Virus genome (UHGV): UHGV-0223582
Reading direction: 5' to 3' (one strand)
Source of the DNA: a virus
DNA: 54,939 nt
This document shows positions 43,894 to 53,678 of this stretch, in pieces. Position numbers and translations under genes: made by a program. The notes beneath the pieces are model-generated. The model did no database searches. It was not told the origin of the DNA and worked only from the letters and a program-made list of their open reading frames with translations. Within the stretch, counting starts at the first letter, position 1; every line of letters starts with the position of its first letter.

Positions 43894-46800
43894 TACACGA
43901 CACCCCCGATCAAAATATTCGCTCCGCTGCTGCGGCTGGCCTTGTCTACAGATTTCTTGAGCTGCTTCCCGTCCAAGTACACCCCAGACTTATTTAGGAT
44001 GGCGCGCAGCAGCTCATTCTGCTCCTGCAAAAGAGCGTTTTGCTCTGCATTTGCATCGGCCACACCGTAGCGGATGCCTTCCACGATCTGCGCGTTGTTG
44101 GCAACCGCAGTTCGCTTCCCGATTTGTCCCACCAACTCAGGGCCAGCTTCCCGCGCCAAAAACAGTTCCCCTGTATCTGGGAATCCGCCGGAAGCATATC
44201 CCTTTGTGCTCCCAGATCCGCCCGAAACGTTTCGGGTCACAATCGTATGTACGGTTGTAATGTTGCGAGGAATTGCATTAAGAGCACTGATAATGGACTG
44301 AATTTGCGCGTTGCTCTGTTTCGCCATTGTGCGGAAGTTATTTGTTGTCTGTGTGATAAAAGTCTTCAGTGCTGTGTCTACCGTCTCGATGGAGGCAAGG
44401 ACATCCGTTTTAATGCTTTCCGTAGAAGTCTTTGTCTGGATGACAAATTCGGAATAATCGGTATTCATTGCATCTGTCTGCACGCTGAACTGATCTGCCA
44501 CCTGCTGGAACTGATCCGTGACACCAGTGAAATCAAAGGTCTTTTCCCAGTTGAGTCCTTCGCCATCGATTTTCGCATTGCGGATGGTTTCCAGCCGCGC
44601 AGCCTCTTCAAAGTCTCCGGATTCTTTCGCCGCGTTAATCAGTGCCATGTAGTTTGTACCGGGGTCATAGGAAATTCCATTGAACACCTTTTGCACGCTG
44701 TCCGCGATCCCCTGCGCCGCCGCTGTGATGGCGGGTGTGCTCTGAGAAATACCCTTTGCAATATCAGAACCCAAACTAACTCCAATGCCTTTAGCATCTC
44801 CAAAACCAATAATGTATCCTTGACGGGAATCAAGTCCTGATTCTTCAAATGCTTTAGAAGGCGAATGCGAATCAATTCCTTCTTTGCTCCTAAATCCGGC
44901 AAGTAACAGTTGCGCAAAATCTTTACCTGTATCCCATAAAGAACCGAGTCCCTTTACAAGGCCATCAATAGCATCTTGACCAAGCTGCTTCCACGTTTCG
45001 AGAGAAAAAAGAGGTTTCACTTTTTCATTGTACCAGTTCGAAATATTGGTTGTGATTTCGTTAAACTTCTTTGCAGCAAATTGGGGCAGCCAATCGCAAA
45101 ATTCTTCCCAAGCATTCCCAATAAAATCCATTGCATTGTTAAAATTGGTTCGTACACTCTCAAGCCCTTCGCTTGTTAAAGTCTTTACATTCTCCCAAAT
45201 AGGCGCCCAATCTTCTACAACTCCTTCGCAAAACAGATCCCAATGGGATTTCATCTCTCCGGTTTCCAAATCAATATATTTGGACATCTCACCAAGTTCA
45301 GTTTGCGCAGTAATTTTAGTCGCTTCAAATGTTTCTTCTGCTTTTGACTTCGCTGCTTCCAGATTACTTTCTGCCGCTCTCCTCATATCACCATATGCTG
45401 CATCTGTAATCAACCCGGCATCTTTTAGCTTTTGCAACTGAAAAATTGTGTCATTATATAGGGATTCAGCTGCAGCAACAGATTCATCTCTTGCAGAAGC
45501 AGCATTCTTTATAATCTCAGCTGCTTGCAACGCTGTTAGATCAGCAGCATTATCTTTCATGTTCTGCAAAATAACATTTGCTTCTGTTTGGGTATCAGAT
45601 AAATATTGAATTCCCGTATCCTTCATAGACGCTTGAATACTGGAAATTTGCGCTGCTTCTTCTGCAGTTAAAGCCCTATTCTCAGCAGCTGCCGCAGCAA
45701 TAATTTTGTTAATTTCTGCTTCGCCATCTGTAACTGCCTTGATTTGCTCATCATATCCCCTGGCAACATTTGCACTGTATTCAGCGAATTTATCAGCCCC
45801 CAAAGCATTCCTCAACGGCTCCAAGTTTTTAAGCGCTTCGTTTTTATCAGCACTTAGAGAATTTACAATCGTGTCCGTGATACTGCTAAGCTGTGATTGA
45901 ATATTAGAAACATCTGAGTCTGTGATAACTATATTTCCCCATTCAAGCGTTTTAATGGAGGAATCAAGTGTATCCATTGCATCGATAAATGGTTCAACGT
46001 TATCTCTTGTCGCCGCGCTTATACTGTCTCCAAATAAGTCTACTGGCTGGATAATGTCCTCTGTCGCTTTTCCTATGGCTTTGATTCCGAGGACAATCCC
46101 CTCAATTGCCAGTCCAGCAGGGCCAAACAGAAGAAGCCCTCCCAGCGTAATAGCCAGATCGCTTACTCGAATAAATCCACCTGTTGCATTCTCTAACGCT
46201 TCATTGATCCCTTTCCAGCCAAATTCAAAATCTGGGAAAACAGACGACACCAGATTTACAATTGGTTTCGTAAAATCACCTATAATTTCAATAATCCCCG
46301 CAATACCATGCTGAAACAGTTTACTTTTCGTTACCGTATCCAGAAGTCCAGCACCTAAAAGTGCAATTCCAGAAACTGTAGCAGCTATCGCTGCAATGCA
46401 CGATGCAAGGCTTGCTCCGCCAGCCCCCATAATAGCTGCGCCGAGTCCGTTCTTGAAAACACCAGAAGTAAGAAGTTTAGCCAATTTCTCAATAGGTGCA
46501 TAAACCGCCGGTACGAAGCCAACTAATGCAGGAAGTTTACTGCTCTTGTTTGCTCCTATCAATGCATTTTTTAACATCAATGCATTGACATATGCCTTTT
46601 TCAGTCCAGATGCTAATAGGCCCAAATTACCCAAAAGGGATGGCCCCAGTTTCCACGCAAGAAACCCAGCAGATACCAGACCTATAATAGGGAGAATATC
46701 TTTGACCTTCTCTTTCAGCTCGTCCACTTGTCTGGTAATGTTTTTAAGCACAGATTCATCCCAAACACTATCCAGATCCCAGTCTTTTTCCCATCCAGCG

Positions 46801-48401
46801 CCGCCCGCTGCACCACTGCCGCCGGAAGCGCCTGCCCCTGTATCGGGCTTAATAATATTTAATTCGTCAATCCCAAGCGTATAATCTTTCAGCTTCTTTG
46901 CCGCCGCTGCCGCATCGGACATGCCGTCTGCCATGTCATCTGCCGCCCCAGCGCCAAAATCAATCGCATTGCCCATGCCTTCCCAATCAGAGTAAGACCA
47001 GTCTGTCATCTTGAAGCCAAACAGCTTTGCCAGCGCCTGTGCGAATTCAGTCAAAACTTCTACGACCGCCTGCACAACTGGAATGATCTTCACCAAAGCA
47101 GGAATAAAAATACTTCCGATGGCGCGGGACAGCGACTTAAATTCCATATGTAGAATACGAAGTGCATTTGCTGGGGACTCCAGTGTTTTTGCCATATCTC
47201 CAATGACGCCCATGCGGGCAGACTGCTCCACAATCGCTGTATAGCGAATGATGGCTTTCTGCGCCTGTGTCATCGTGCGGATCGACTGGTTTACACCGTG
47301 GTCATATGCTACCTGCTGAAGTGTTGCTTCATCCAGCGCATATCCGAGCCTGCGAAGCGGTTCCAATTCACCTGAAATACCGGACTGGACTTTCGCAAAC
47401 GCACCGTCACCAACCGCATCCAGACTGATATTGAAGAACGAAGAAATATCGTAAGAAAGTTCAGTCAGCCCTTTGGACAGGTTATATGCCTGATCGTTTG
47501 CAAGGCCAAAGCCCTTTGCCATTGACATAAAAATGCCCTGGTTTCTCGTCCATTCAGAAATATCAATGCCGAGTTTGCTTTGCACCAGCTCTGCATATTC
47601 CATCGCTTCGCTGTAATATTCGCCCATAGAAACGGAAAACAGATTCATATTTTCCACATAGGCGTTGATATTTGTAATAAACCCGCTTAGTACATCGGCA
47701 ACAGCATTAATCCCAAATCCAAACAAAGTAAGGTTGGCAATGCTTTTCAAACTGAATTTTCCGACGCTGTTAAAACTGTCTGCCGCCTTTTTATTGGATG
47801 CCGTCAAACCGGAATTGCTTTGAATGATCTTCTGAATGCGGATTGGAAATGCTGCAAATCCCTTCGACACTTTTTCCATTTCCGTAGCCAACGGAGAAAG
47901 CGCCGCAGCAGCTTTCTTGATGGACTGAGCAAATTTGTCCATGTCCATTGGAGCAAGCTTGCTCGAAATATCCGGAAGTTTTCCCAGTGCATTGAGCGTC
48001 GAATTTAACCCACTGGCTTTTTGTACACTTGAAAGCGCATTTAATCCTTTTGCAATTTTAGAGAGTTTTTTATCAGCCCCATCCATATTTGGTGTAAGAA
48101 TATTAGGAAGCTTAGCCATCGCATTAAGCGTAGAGCTAAGTCCGCTCGACTTTTGAACTTCAGAAAGAGCTTTGAGTCCCTTTGCAATTTTAGATAGCTT
48201 TGTTCCGGAATTGTCCGCTCCAGACAGGGCGGTTTTCAGCCCTTCCAGCTGTTTCTTGATCGTGCTTAACCCACGGACACCACCGCTGGTGCTCGTTTTC
48301 AGTTCCTTCAGTGCCTCGGACAGCTTTTTGATATTTTCAGCCGCAGCATCGGACGATGCGCTGATCTCAATTTTGATGCTGTCAATTGTAGCCTCTGCCA
48401 T
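43893..48401 (-). CDS. tail tape measure protein
   Basis: about 1500 aa, helical Ala-rich, SGISGELEPLRRLG, YASGGFP..GELFLAREAGPELVG; start re-set to ATG 48401. Confidence 0.93.
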   Translation of the reverse strand: MAEATIDSIKIEISASSDAAAENIKKLSEALKELKTSTSGGVRGLSTIKKQLEGLKTALSGADNSGTKLSKIAKGLKALSEVQKSSGLSSTLNAMAKLPNILTPNMDGADKKLSKIAKGLNALSSVQKASGLNSTLNALGKLPDISSKLAPMDMDKFAQSIKKAAAALSPLATEMEKVSKGFAAFPIRIQKIIQSNSGLTASNKKAADSFNSVGKFSLKSIANLTLFGFGINAVADVLSGFITNINAYVENMNLFSVSMGEYYSEAMEYAELVQSKLGIDISEWTRNQGIFMSMAKGFGLANDQAYNLSKGLTELSYDISSFFNISLDAVGDGAFAKVQSGISGELEPLRRLGYALDEATLQQVAYDHGVNQSIRTMTQAQKAIIRYTAIVEQSARMGVIGDMAKTLESPANALRILHMEFKSLSRAIGSIFIPALVKIIPVVQAVVEVLTEFAQALAKLFGFKMTDWSYSDWEGMGNAIDFGAGAADDMADGMSDAAAAAKKLKDYTLGIDELNIIKPDTGAGASGGSGAAGGAGWEKDWDLDSVWDESVLKNITRQVDELKEKVKDILPIIGLVSAGFLAWKLGPSLLGNLGLLASGLKKAYVNALMLKNALIGANKSSKLPALVGFVPAVYAPIEKLAKLLTSGVFKNGLGAAIMGAGGASLASCIAAIAATVSGIALLGAGLLDTVTKSKLFQHGIAGIIEIIGDFTKPIVNLVSSVFPDFEFGWKGINEALENATGGFIRVSDLAITLGGLLLFGPAGLAIEGIVLGIKAIGKATEDIIQPVDLFGDSISAATRDNVEPFIDAMDTLDSSIKTLEWGNIVITDSDVSNIQSQLSSITDTIVNSLSADKNEALKNLEPLRNALGADKFAEYSANVARGYDEQIKAVTDGEAEINKIIAAAAAENRALTAEEAAQISSIQASMKDTGIQYLSDTQTEANVILQNMKDNAADLTALQAAEIIKNAASARDESVAAAESLYNDTIFQLQKLKDAGLITDAAYGDMRRAAESNLEAAKSKAEETFEATKITAQTELGEMSKYIDLETGEMKSHWDLFCEGVVEDWAPIWENVKTLTSEGLESVRTNFNNAMDFIGNAWEEFCDWLPQFAAKKFNEITTNISNWYNEKVKPLFSLETWKQLGQDAIDGLVKGLGSLWDTGKDFAQLLLAGFRSKEGIDSHSPSKAFEESGLDSRQGYIIGFGDAKGIGVSLGSDIAKGISQSTPAITAAAQGIADSVQKVFNGISYDPGTNYMALINAAKESGDFEEAARLETIRNAKIDGEGLNWEKTFDFTGVTDQFQQVADQFSVQTDAMNTDYSEFVIQTKTSTESIKTDVLASIETVDTALKTFITQTTNNFRTMAKQSNAQIQSIISALNAIPRNITTVHTIVTRNVSGGSGSTKGYASGGFPDTGELFLAREAGPELVGQIGKRTAVANNAQIVEGIRYGVADANAEQNALLQEQNELLRAILNKSGVYLDGKQLKKSVDKASRSSGANILIGGVV

Positions 48402-48430
48402 GTGCCAATTCCCCCTTTCGGTAAAATAAA

Positions 48431-48480
48431 TGGCACTTGGCACTGTTAGCTCCATCAAGGGAGAGGCACTTGGCACTGGT
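48431..48480 (-). promoter_or_regulatory. paired AGTGCCAAGTGCC element, copy 2 (TMP leader)
   Basis: 49/50 identical to 5780-5829; ends 30 nt before TMP ATG. Confidence 0.75.
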
Positions 48481-48538
48481 GTATCTATTGCTCCTACTTT
48501 TCTCTTGTGCTAAAATCACGTGGAATAGGAGTGATATA

Positions 48539-48919
48539 ATGACTATACAATCACTATTTTTATTACATCTTTTGAAAAAAGCCCAAATATACGAGGATAA
48601 TAATGTTTCTATTTTCTTAAAAGAAATGGTCGTAAAAACAAATCCAATCAATAATAAGGATACAAAAGAAGTTGATATATCAAAATTTAAACATTCTTTA
48701 ACCTCTGCTCTCAATGATTTGTTAGATGATGACTATATATCCTACGACAATAAATCAACTTTTTCATCGTTCCAGGTGCATGTTCGTCATAAAGGATGGC
48801 ATACTACGCAATCCATATTATTGCGTTCTGCGTCATTCCTGTTTAAATCTGTGGCTGTTCCTATTACTGTTTCTATATTCACCGCGATAATCACAATGTT
48901 TATTGCGTTAAATGTTTAA
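48539..48919 (+). CDS. low-GC moron protein with C-terminal TM helix
   Basis: AGGAG RBS before ATG 48539; hydrophobic C-terminus; opposite strand to tail operon. Confidence 0.6.
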   Translation: MTIQSLFLLHLLKKAQIYEDNNVSIFLKEMVVKTNPINNKDTKEVDISKFKHSLTSALNDLLDDDYISYDNKSTFSSFQVHVRHKGWHTTQSILLRSASFLFKSVAVPITVSIFTAIITMFIALNV

Positions 48920-49260
48920 AGGTGTTGTGTTGAGAAATACCACTCTGCCCATTCTTTATCTGTCCTTCCGAGAGTAAATTTCCACCAACATCTGCTGACT
49001 TCTGCTTCACCTATTGCTTTCTCAATTGCCCGTACTGCCGGCGTGATATAATATGATTTGGAATGTTGGCCTTTTAAGAATCTTATAATCGGGTTTTTGC
49101 TCGAATACGCGCATTTATCAAAATCTTTTGGCTTCTCTCCAATAAAGTCATCCCATTCCCAGCAATTAAGCCTGCAATACGCCAAGCCAAGCCTTTCCGT
49201 TTGCGTTAATTCTTTTTCCTTACCAGCCCAATATTCAGACCAATCTTCCCTCACATCCAT
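48916..49260 (-). CDS. hypothetical protein
   Basis: 114 aa, Trp-rich. Confidence 0.6.
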   Translation of the reverse strand: MDVREDWSEYWAGKEKELTQTERLGLAYCRLNCWEWDDFIGEKPKDFDKCAYSSKNPIIRFLKGQHSKSYYITPAVRAIEKAIGEAEVSRCWWKFTLGRTDKEWAEWYFSTQHL

Positions 49261-49281
49261 GCGCCTTCTTTCTAAAACTAT

Positions 49282-49318
49282 AAAATCCCCGCCATCCGAA
49301 TATATGGATAGCGGGGAT
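49282..49318 (-). terminator. intrinsic terminator after BRO gene (13-bp arms, 8-nt loop)
   Basis: AUCCCCGCUAUCC-AUAUAUUC-GGAUGGCGGGGAU followed by a U-rich tract. Confidence 0.65.
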
Positions 49319-49334
49319 CTCGATTATTAAATTG

Positions 49335-49880
49335 TTATTCCGCTAAAAGAGGCGGCTGCTGAAATGCTGTTAAGCAGATCTGTCCGGGGCACTGCATTTC
49401 AAGAGACGCAGGAATCGGAACGTTCCAAGTGGAAAACATATCCTTAACCATATAGCCTACTTGCTGCGGTGTGCTTCCCATATCCAGCATTACCCTTCTT
49501 GTGATGCGAACCAGATTAGCAAGGCCGTTCAACGAAACGTCGGGGCTTTTGCTTTTGGCTGTATAGCTCCCATTCCTTCTGAGCGCCGGAAGAATTTCCT
49601 CTGTTACCCAATCTGTAAACGCTTCTGCCTCTGGCTTTTTGCTTTGGAAAATTGCACGGTAAAGATTTCCCTCATTTATGATAAGCATATTCTGTGTTCC
49701 GCTTTTAGTGGGGAGGGCGATTGTATCGACACCCCCTTGTTTCAAACGAAGTTTACAGTCTTTTGCCCTAATACCAAGCGGTTTACACACATCCGCAAGA
49801 CAAAACCACGGTTCGCCGTTGATTTCCTTCGTTCGGATCTGCCCGAATTTCTCATTCATAAAAATCTGCATCTCTTCCAT
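49335..49880 (-). CDS. BRO-N domain antirepressor-like protein
   Basis: FGQIRT..INGEPWFCLADVC...INEGNLYRAIFQS.KPEA..F.DWVT.EILP.LR. Confidence 0.88.
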   Translation of the reverse strand: MEEMQIFMNEKFGQIRTKEINGEPWFCLADVCKPLGIRAKDCKLRLKQGGVDTIALPTKSGTQNMLIINEGNLYRAIFQSKKPEAEAFTDWVTEEILPALRRNGSYTAKSKSPDVSLNGLANLVRITRRVMLDMGSTPQQVGYMVKDMFSTWNVPIPASLEMQCPGQICLTAFQQPPLLAE

Positions 49881-49882
49881 AA

Positions 49883-50239
49883 TTACGCCTCCATTTCACA
49901 GAGGAATGCATAGTTTGCAACCTCGTCCCGCAGATCGCTGATGTTCTCATTCAGCATTTGCAAGGCTTCCCGCCATGTTGGATAACTGGCGCACAGAGCT
50001 GCAGCTTTTTCAAGTTCTTCCCTTGTTCCTTCTTTCAATTCAATCGTGTCAAAACTGAAAATGTTTTCCAAAATAATTTGGAACATTGCATTGATCTGAG
50101 TGAGTTTATTTTCCGTCGCCTCATATCTTGCGACGTTCTCCATGCGAGAAATGTTTCCACTCTTCATGTGGTTACCTCCTAATAAGTCAATCTTCATCAC
50201 ATGCTTGACCTTAAACTGAGGGTGCTCCGATGTCGCCAA
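49883..50239 (-). CDS. hypothetical protein
   Basis: helical; likely start at internal MKSG after AGGAGG. Confidence 0.55.
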   Translation of the reverse strand: MATSEHPQFKVKHVMKIDLLGGNHMKSGNISRMENVARYEATENKLTQINAMFQIILENIFSFDTIELKEGTREELEKAAALCASYPTWREALQMLNENISDLRDEVANYAFLCEMEA

Positions 50240-50308
50240 ACATCTTTGTGGAGCACCTCTCTTTTTAATCGTCAGCTGCAGAATTGCGCAGCGAAATGAT
50301 TTCTTCCC

Positions 50309-50449
50309 TTAATCTTCGCTGCCCTCCTTCACCGTGATAACCACTTGATCCGGCCTCACACCCAAATAGGCGGCGGCAATGCGCTTGACCCAATGTTCAC
50401 TGTTCGCCAACTGATTGAGCAATTCTTGAATACTGTTTCTTTCGTTCAT
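50309..50449 (-). CDS. 46-aa hypothetical protein
   Basis: AAGGAGG RBS; MNERNSIQELLNQLAN... Confidence 0.5.
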   Translation of the reverse strand: MNERNSIQELLNQLANSEHWVKRIAAAYLGVRPDQVVITVKEGSED

Positions 50450-50557
50450 GGGAAACCTCCTTGATTTTCACCAGGAGGCGGGGTATAATGGATTTACCAA
50501 ACCTCCGGGTGTGGTGAATAGGGTTCCGGTGTGTCTTTGATAGGGTCGCCGGAACCC

Positions 50558-50749
50558 TTACTTTTCGTCCAATCCTTTTTTCACAAGTTGGATTCCACGA
50601 TTTACAACATCTGTTCGACTCTCTTCAAGCCTTTTAGCACATTCATCAAGGAGATTTAATTCTTCTTGACTCATGCGAAGTTGCAAACTTTTATCTCTTT
50701 TACTTGTTCCTTTGATTGGGCGTCCAGGCTTTGGCGACACGTTTATCAC
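50558..50749 (-). CDS. ribbon-helix-helix (CopG-like) regulator
   Basis: GRP.KG...LQLRMSQEE...LDECA....SRTDVV..GI; promoter TTGACT-N17-TATAAT inside a TTTTGCCAT..ATGGCAAAA palindrome. Confidence 0.7.
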   Translation of the reverse strand: MINVSPKPGRPIKGTSKRDKSLQLRMSQEELNLLDECAKRLEESRTDVVNRGIQLVKKGLDEK

Positions 50750-50853
50750 CTCTCTTTTGCCATGGCATAATTATAAATTAAGCAATGGCAAAAGTCAAGG
50801 GGGTTTCCAAAAAATACCCTCCGCCTATTTCTAAGCGGAGGGTGTTATAATTT

Positions 50854-51465
50854 TTAGGAGTTTGCAGTAAAAACAATGTCCTTTCCAGCCCAGAAATTCG
50901 GAGTGTAGTGTACTTCAAGCGTCTCCCAATCCGCTGGTGCTTCAAAGGATACGACGCCGTTAAACTTCTTTCCTGCTGCGACAGTCCCATCAAGCTGCGA
51001 TTTGTCAGACATTGTAAGCCCGCCAAGAGAAAAGTTGATCGCATAATCGTCTGCATACGCTTCAAAACTAAGAGCAGAACTGACCACAATTTCAGAATCA
51101 GAGTTGTTCTCAATTTCAAATTCGCAAATAACAAATACGTTTCCATCGGACGGAGCCATATACTCTGTACCGGAAGATGATTCTACTCCAACAAGGGTTA
51201 CTGCGATATCATCCAATTCAACTTTGTCTCCAACTTCAAACGTTGTGTTTTCCGAATTATTTACAGAAGATCCATCGCCATTTACTTTTTGAGGGGTTGA
51301 ATTTCCACTTCCGCCAATTGCTGCAATAACAATCAAAAGAACAATAACAATTACAATAATCAGCGGTATTTTAGAACCACCGTTCTTTGCCCCACAGTGT
51401 GGGCAAATCTTCGCAGATTTCGCAATATCTGCTCCACATGCTTTACATTTCTTCATCTTCTCCAT
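50854..51465 (-). CDS. zinc-ribbon membrane protein with DUF4352-like extracellular domain (possible superinfection exclusion)
   Basis: CKACG..I...AK.CPHCG, TM helix, FEIENNS...LDG.VAAGKK..G.VSFEAP. Confidence 0.75.
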   Translation of the reverse strand: MEKMKKCKACGADIAKSAKICPHCGAKNGGSKIPLIIVIVIVLLIVIAAIGGSGNSTPQKVNGDGSSVNNSENTTFEVGDKVELDDIAVTLVGVESSSGTEYMAPSDGNVFVICEFEIENNSDSEIVVSSALSFEAYADDYAINFSLGGLTMSDKSQLDGTVAAGKKFNGVVSFEAPADWETLEVHYTPNFWAGKDIVFTANS

Positions 51466-51548
51466 GTTCGTTCTTCCTCTCTTTCCAATTTAGGGAAAAT
51501 CCCTGAATCGACTATAGCACAAGAGGAATACAGAATCAATCAAAACAT

Positions 51549-52193
51549 TTAAAGTTCCATCAGCGGATAAACCTTCTCCCAAACGTTCATGTGGTAAACG
51601 TTAATGGTCCCATAGTTAGCGTCGAAAATCTTTTTTACCCCATAGCCCTGGCGTTGGCTTTCAATCTTGAGCTTCCTCCAATCGAATGCCTTGTGAGATA
51701 CGCCGTTCATATGTGCTACTCGTTTGATGGAATACCATTCTTTGCTGCGATCCAGCTCGGCTTCCAAAGACTTCCGTTTGTCCTGCTCGTCTTTTAGCGC
51801 AGTAAGCAGTTTGATGCCAAACTCAGGAGAGTTTATCATCTTGTCGATCGTGTCGGAAGTCATATAAGCCCCGTGCCTGCGGATGGAGGGGATTACCTCG
51901 TCGGCAATCTTTGCCTGAAATTTCTCCGCTGTTTCATTCTTGGCTTTCATAGCGAGACGATAGAAGACATTTTCGGGAATATAACCGTCTTTCGCCCACT
52001 TGTGGTCGAAACCAATTTCATCCAAAAATCCAAATACACGCTCCCAACGAACCGTGTTGTACTCTACACCGTTCTTAATTTCTGTTTTTGTAAAACCAAG
52101 TCCACGGGCCACGGTTTCCAATTTCAGATAAGCAGTTCCGTCCTTTTCAAAGCACTCAATACCGCTGATATTCAAAATCATCAGGTCATTCAA
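51549..52193 (-). CDS. antirepressor-like protein (BRO-related N-terminus)
   Basis: LETVARGLGF...IPENVFYRLAMKAKNE.AEKFQ..IADEVIPSIRRHGAYMT. Confidence 0.8.
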   Translation of the reverse strand: MNDLMILNISGIECFEKDGTAYLKLETVARGLGFTKTEIKNGVEYNTVRWERVFGFLDEIGFDHKWAKDGYIPENVFYRLAMKAKNETAEKFQAKIADEVIPSIRRHGAYMTSDTIDKMINSPEFGIKLLTALKDEQDKRKSLEAELDRSKEWYSIKRVAHMNGVSHKAFDWRKLKIESQRQGYGVKKIFDANYGTINVYHMNVWEKVYPLMEL

Positions 52194-52431
52194 GTATATA
52201 CCGCCTTTCTAAATTCTTGTTTTCACCTTATATGTTGACCCAGGGCAGGGGAGTAAGGTGGCACCTCCCTTTTCGGCCCGTCGACCTATCCCTGGCGTTC
52301 AACCAATGTTGTGAGAGACAGCGGGGGCATATCCCGCCATGCGTAACCTCTCAAATGGTAGATTCTAAATCAAAATCTCCGCTATCCATATATTCGGTTG
52401 TCAAGGTGCAATTTATTGGAATGGATGGAAA

Positions 52432-52827
52432 TTATCCGATCTTCCGGTTTGCTCTGGCCCAGTTCTCAAAGAAAAGGCTCGCCTTCAAGCGCTCATTTTC
52501 AATCTGCGTCTCGTCCGGCTCTTTTCCTTTTCGGAACGAATAAGGCTTATCGCTGTATGGATTCGGCTTCGTCCCTTTTTTGGCAAATGCATGAAGCACC
52601 GGCGCTGCATCCAGAACCGCTTCATAAATGTACATGCCCTGCAGCCATGCATCCTGATTGATACGTTCCTGCCTTATGCGTTCCGCCGCAAGGTATTGTT
52701 CAATGATCCAGACATCGCCGTTCCAGTATTGATCCCAAGTCATTCCAATGGAAAGATAATAGGGACATTCCCGTTCAAACAGTTCCGACAACGAAATTAC
52801 ATTTCCACTGTCACATTGGAGTTTTTT
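52432..52827 (-). CDS. tail assembly chaperone, -1 frameshifted part (gpT-like)
   Basis: CPYYLSIGMTWDQYWNGD...WLQG.YIYEA; in -1 frame from A AAA AAC at 52827-52821. Confidence 0.8.
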   Translation of the reverse strand, partial: KKLQCDSGNVISLSELFERECPYYLSIGMTWDQYWNGDVWIIEQYLAAERIRQERINQDAWLQGMYIYEAVLDAAPVLHAFAKKGTKPNPYSDKPYSFRKGKEPDETQIENERLKASLFFENWARANRKIG

Positions 52828-53153
52828 GCCAATTCCTCGTCTGTGATAACGCGATGGGCATATGCAGTCTGGTTATAGAGCTGCATCAGGCGTTCCATCA
52901 TGGCAACAGTCATGCCGCCGATGGACTCCAGAAGCTTGTCGCTTTGTGTCCGGGCAATGAATTTGTGATTCTTGCGCAGCGCATAGAAAAACAGCTCCGG
53001 AACTTTTGTGTTCGGGAATGCGATTACATCTTCCGCCTTAAAGCCGCGCTGCTCTGCAAAGGCAACACTTTCCCTGGAAAAGTCCAGCTCATAAACAGTC
53101 CCGTCCACGGTGATCCGGATCGGGTTTACGCGTTCTTCATTCATTTTGCTCAT
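52797..53153 (-). CDS. tail assembly chaperone (gpG-like)
   Basis: follows major tail gene; slippery heptamer near 3' end. Confidence 0.8.
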   Translation of the reverse strand: MSKMNEERVNPIRITVDGTVYELDFSRESVAFAEQRGFKAEDVIAFPNTKVPELFFYALRKNHKFIARTQSDKLLESIGGMTVAMMERLMQLYNQTAYAHRVITDEELAKNSNVTVEM

Positions 53154-53179
53154 GGCTCAAAACTCCTTTTCACGATGTA

Positions 53180-53650
53180 TTAGACCTCTGAAAGCTTTGC
53201 GTCCCAAACAGGGGCATTGGTCGGCGTAATATAGGCCGTCGCTTCCAGCACATTGTTGACCTCCATACCGGGAAGTCCAAGCGGCGTAGGCTGGCCTGTA
53301 AAGAACAGATCCTTCGCAAGACCGGGCACATCAATACAGAACCACATTGCCTTCCCCTCTCCGGCCGCTTCGTCATACGCCTCAACCATAGTGCTCCATG
53401 CGGCCAGACTGTCTTTTGTCAAGTTGATTGTGAAGCCCAGCGCGCCGCCAAGATCTTTTAGGCCAGCAATGTAGGTTTTGTATTCCGTTTCTTTCAGGTT
53501 GGTTGTTTCCAGCGTATCCGGTTCAGGGTTCATTTCTGGGATTGCTTTCAGTTCCGGGACCTCAGTATAGCCTGTCGTAGGACGGGTGCCAGAGGTCGCT
53601 TCCACGGCGTACTTCATAGTTACGCCGGCAGTGCTCAGTTGAATGCTCAT
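53180..53650 (-). CDS. major tail (tube) protein
   Basis: IPEMNPEPDTLETT.L...YIAGLKD.GG.L.FT.N; start ATG 53650 after AAGGAGG. Confidence 0.85.
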   Translation of the reverse strand: MSIQLSTAGVTMKYAVEATSGTRPTTGYTEVPELKAIPEMNPEPDTLETTNLKETEYKTYIAGLKDLGGALGFTINLTKDSLAAWSTMVEAYDEAAGEGKAMWFCIDVPGLAKDLFFTGQPTPLGLPGMEVNNVLEATAYITPTNAPVWDAKLSEV

Positions 53651-53678
53651 TTTAATTTCCTCCTTTAGATGGTTGGGA

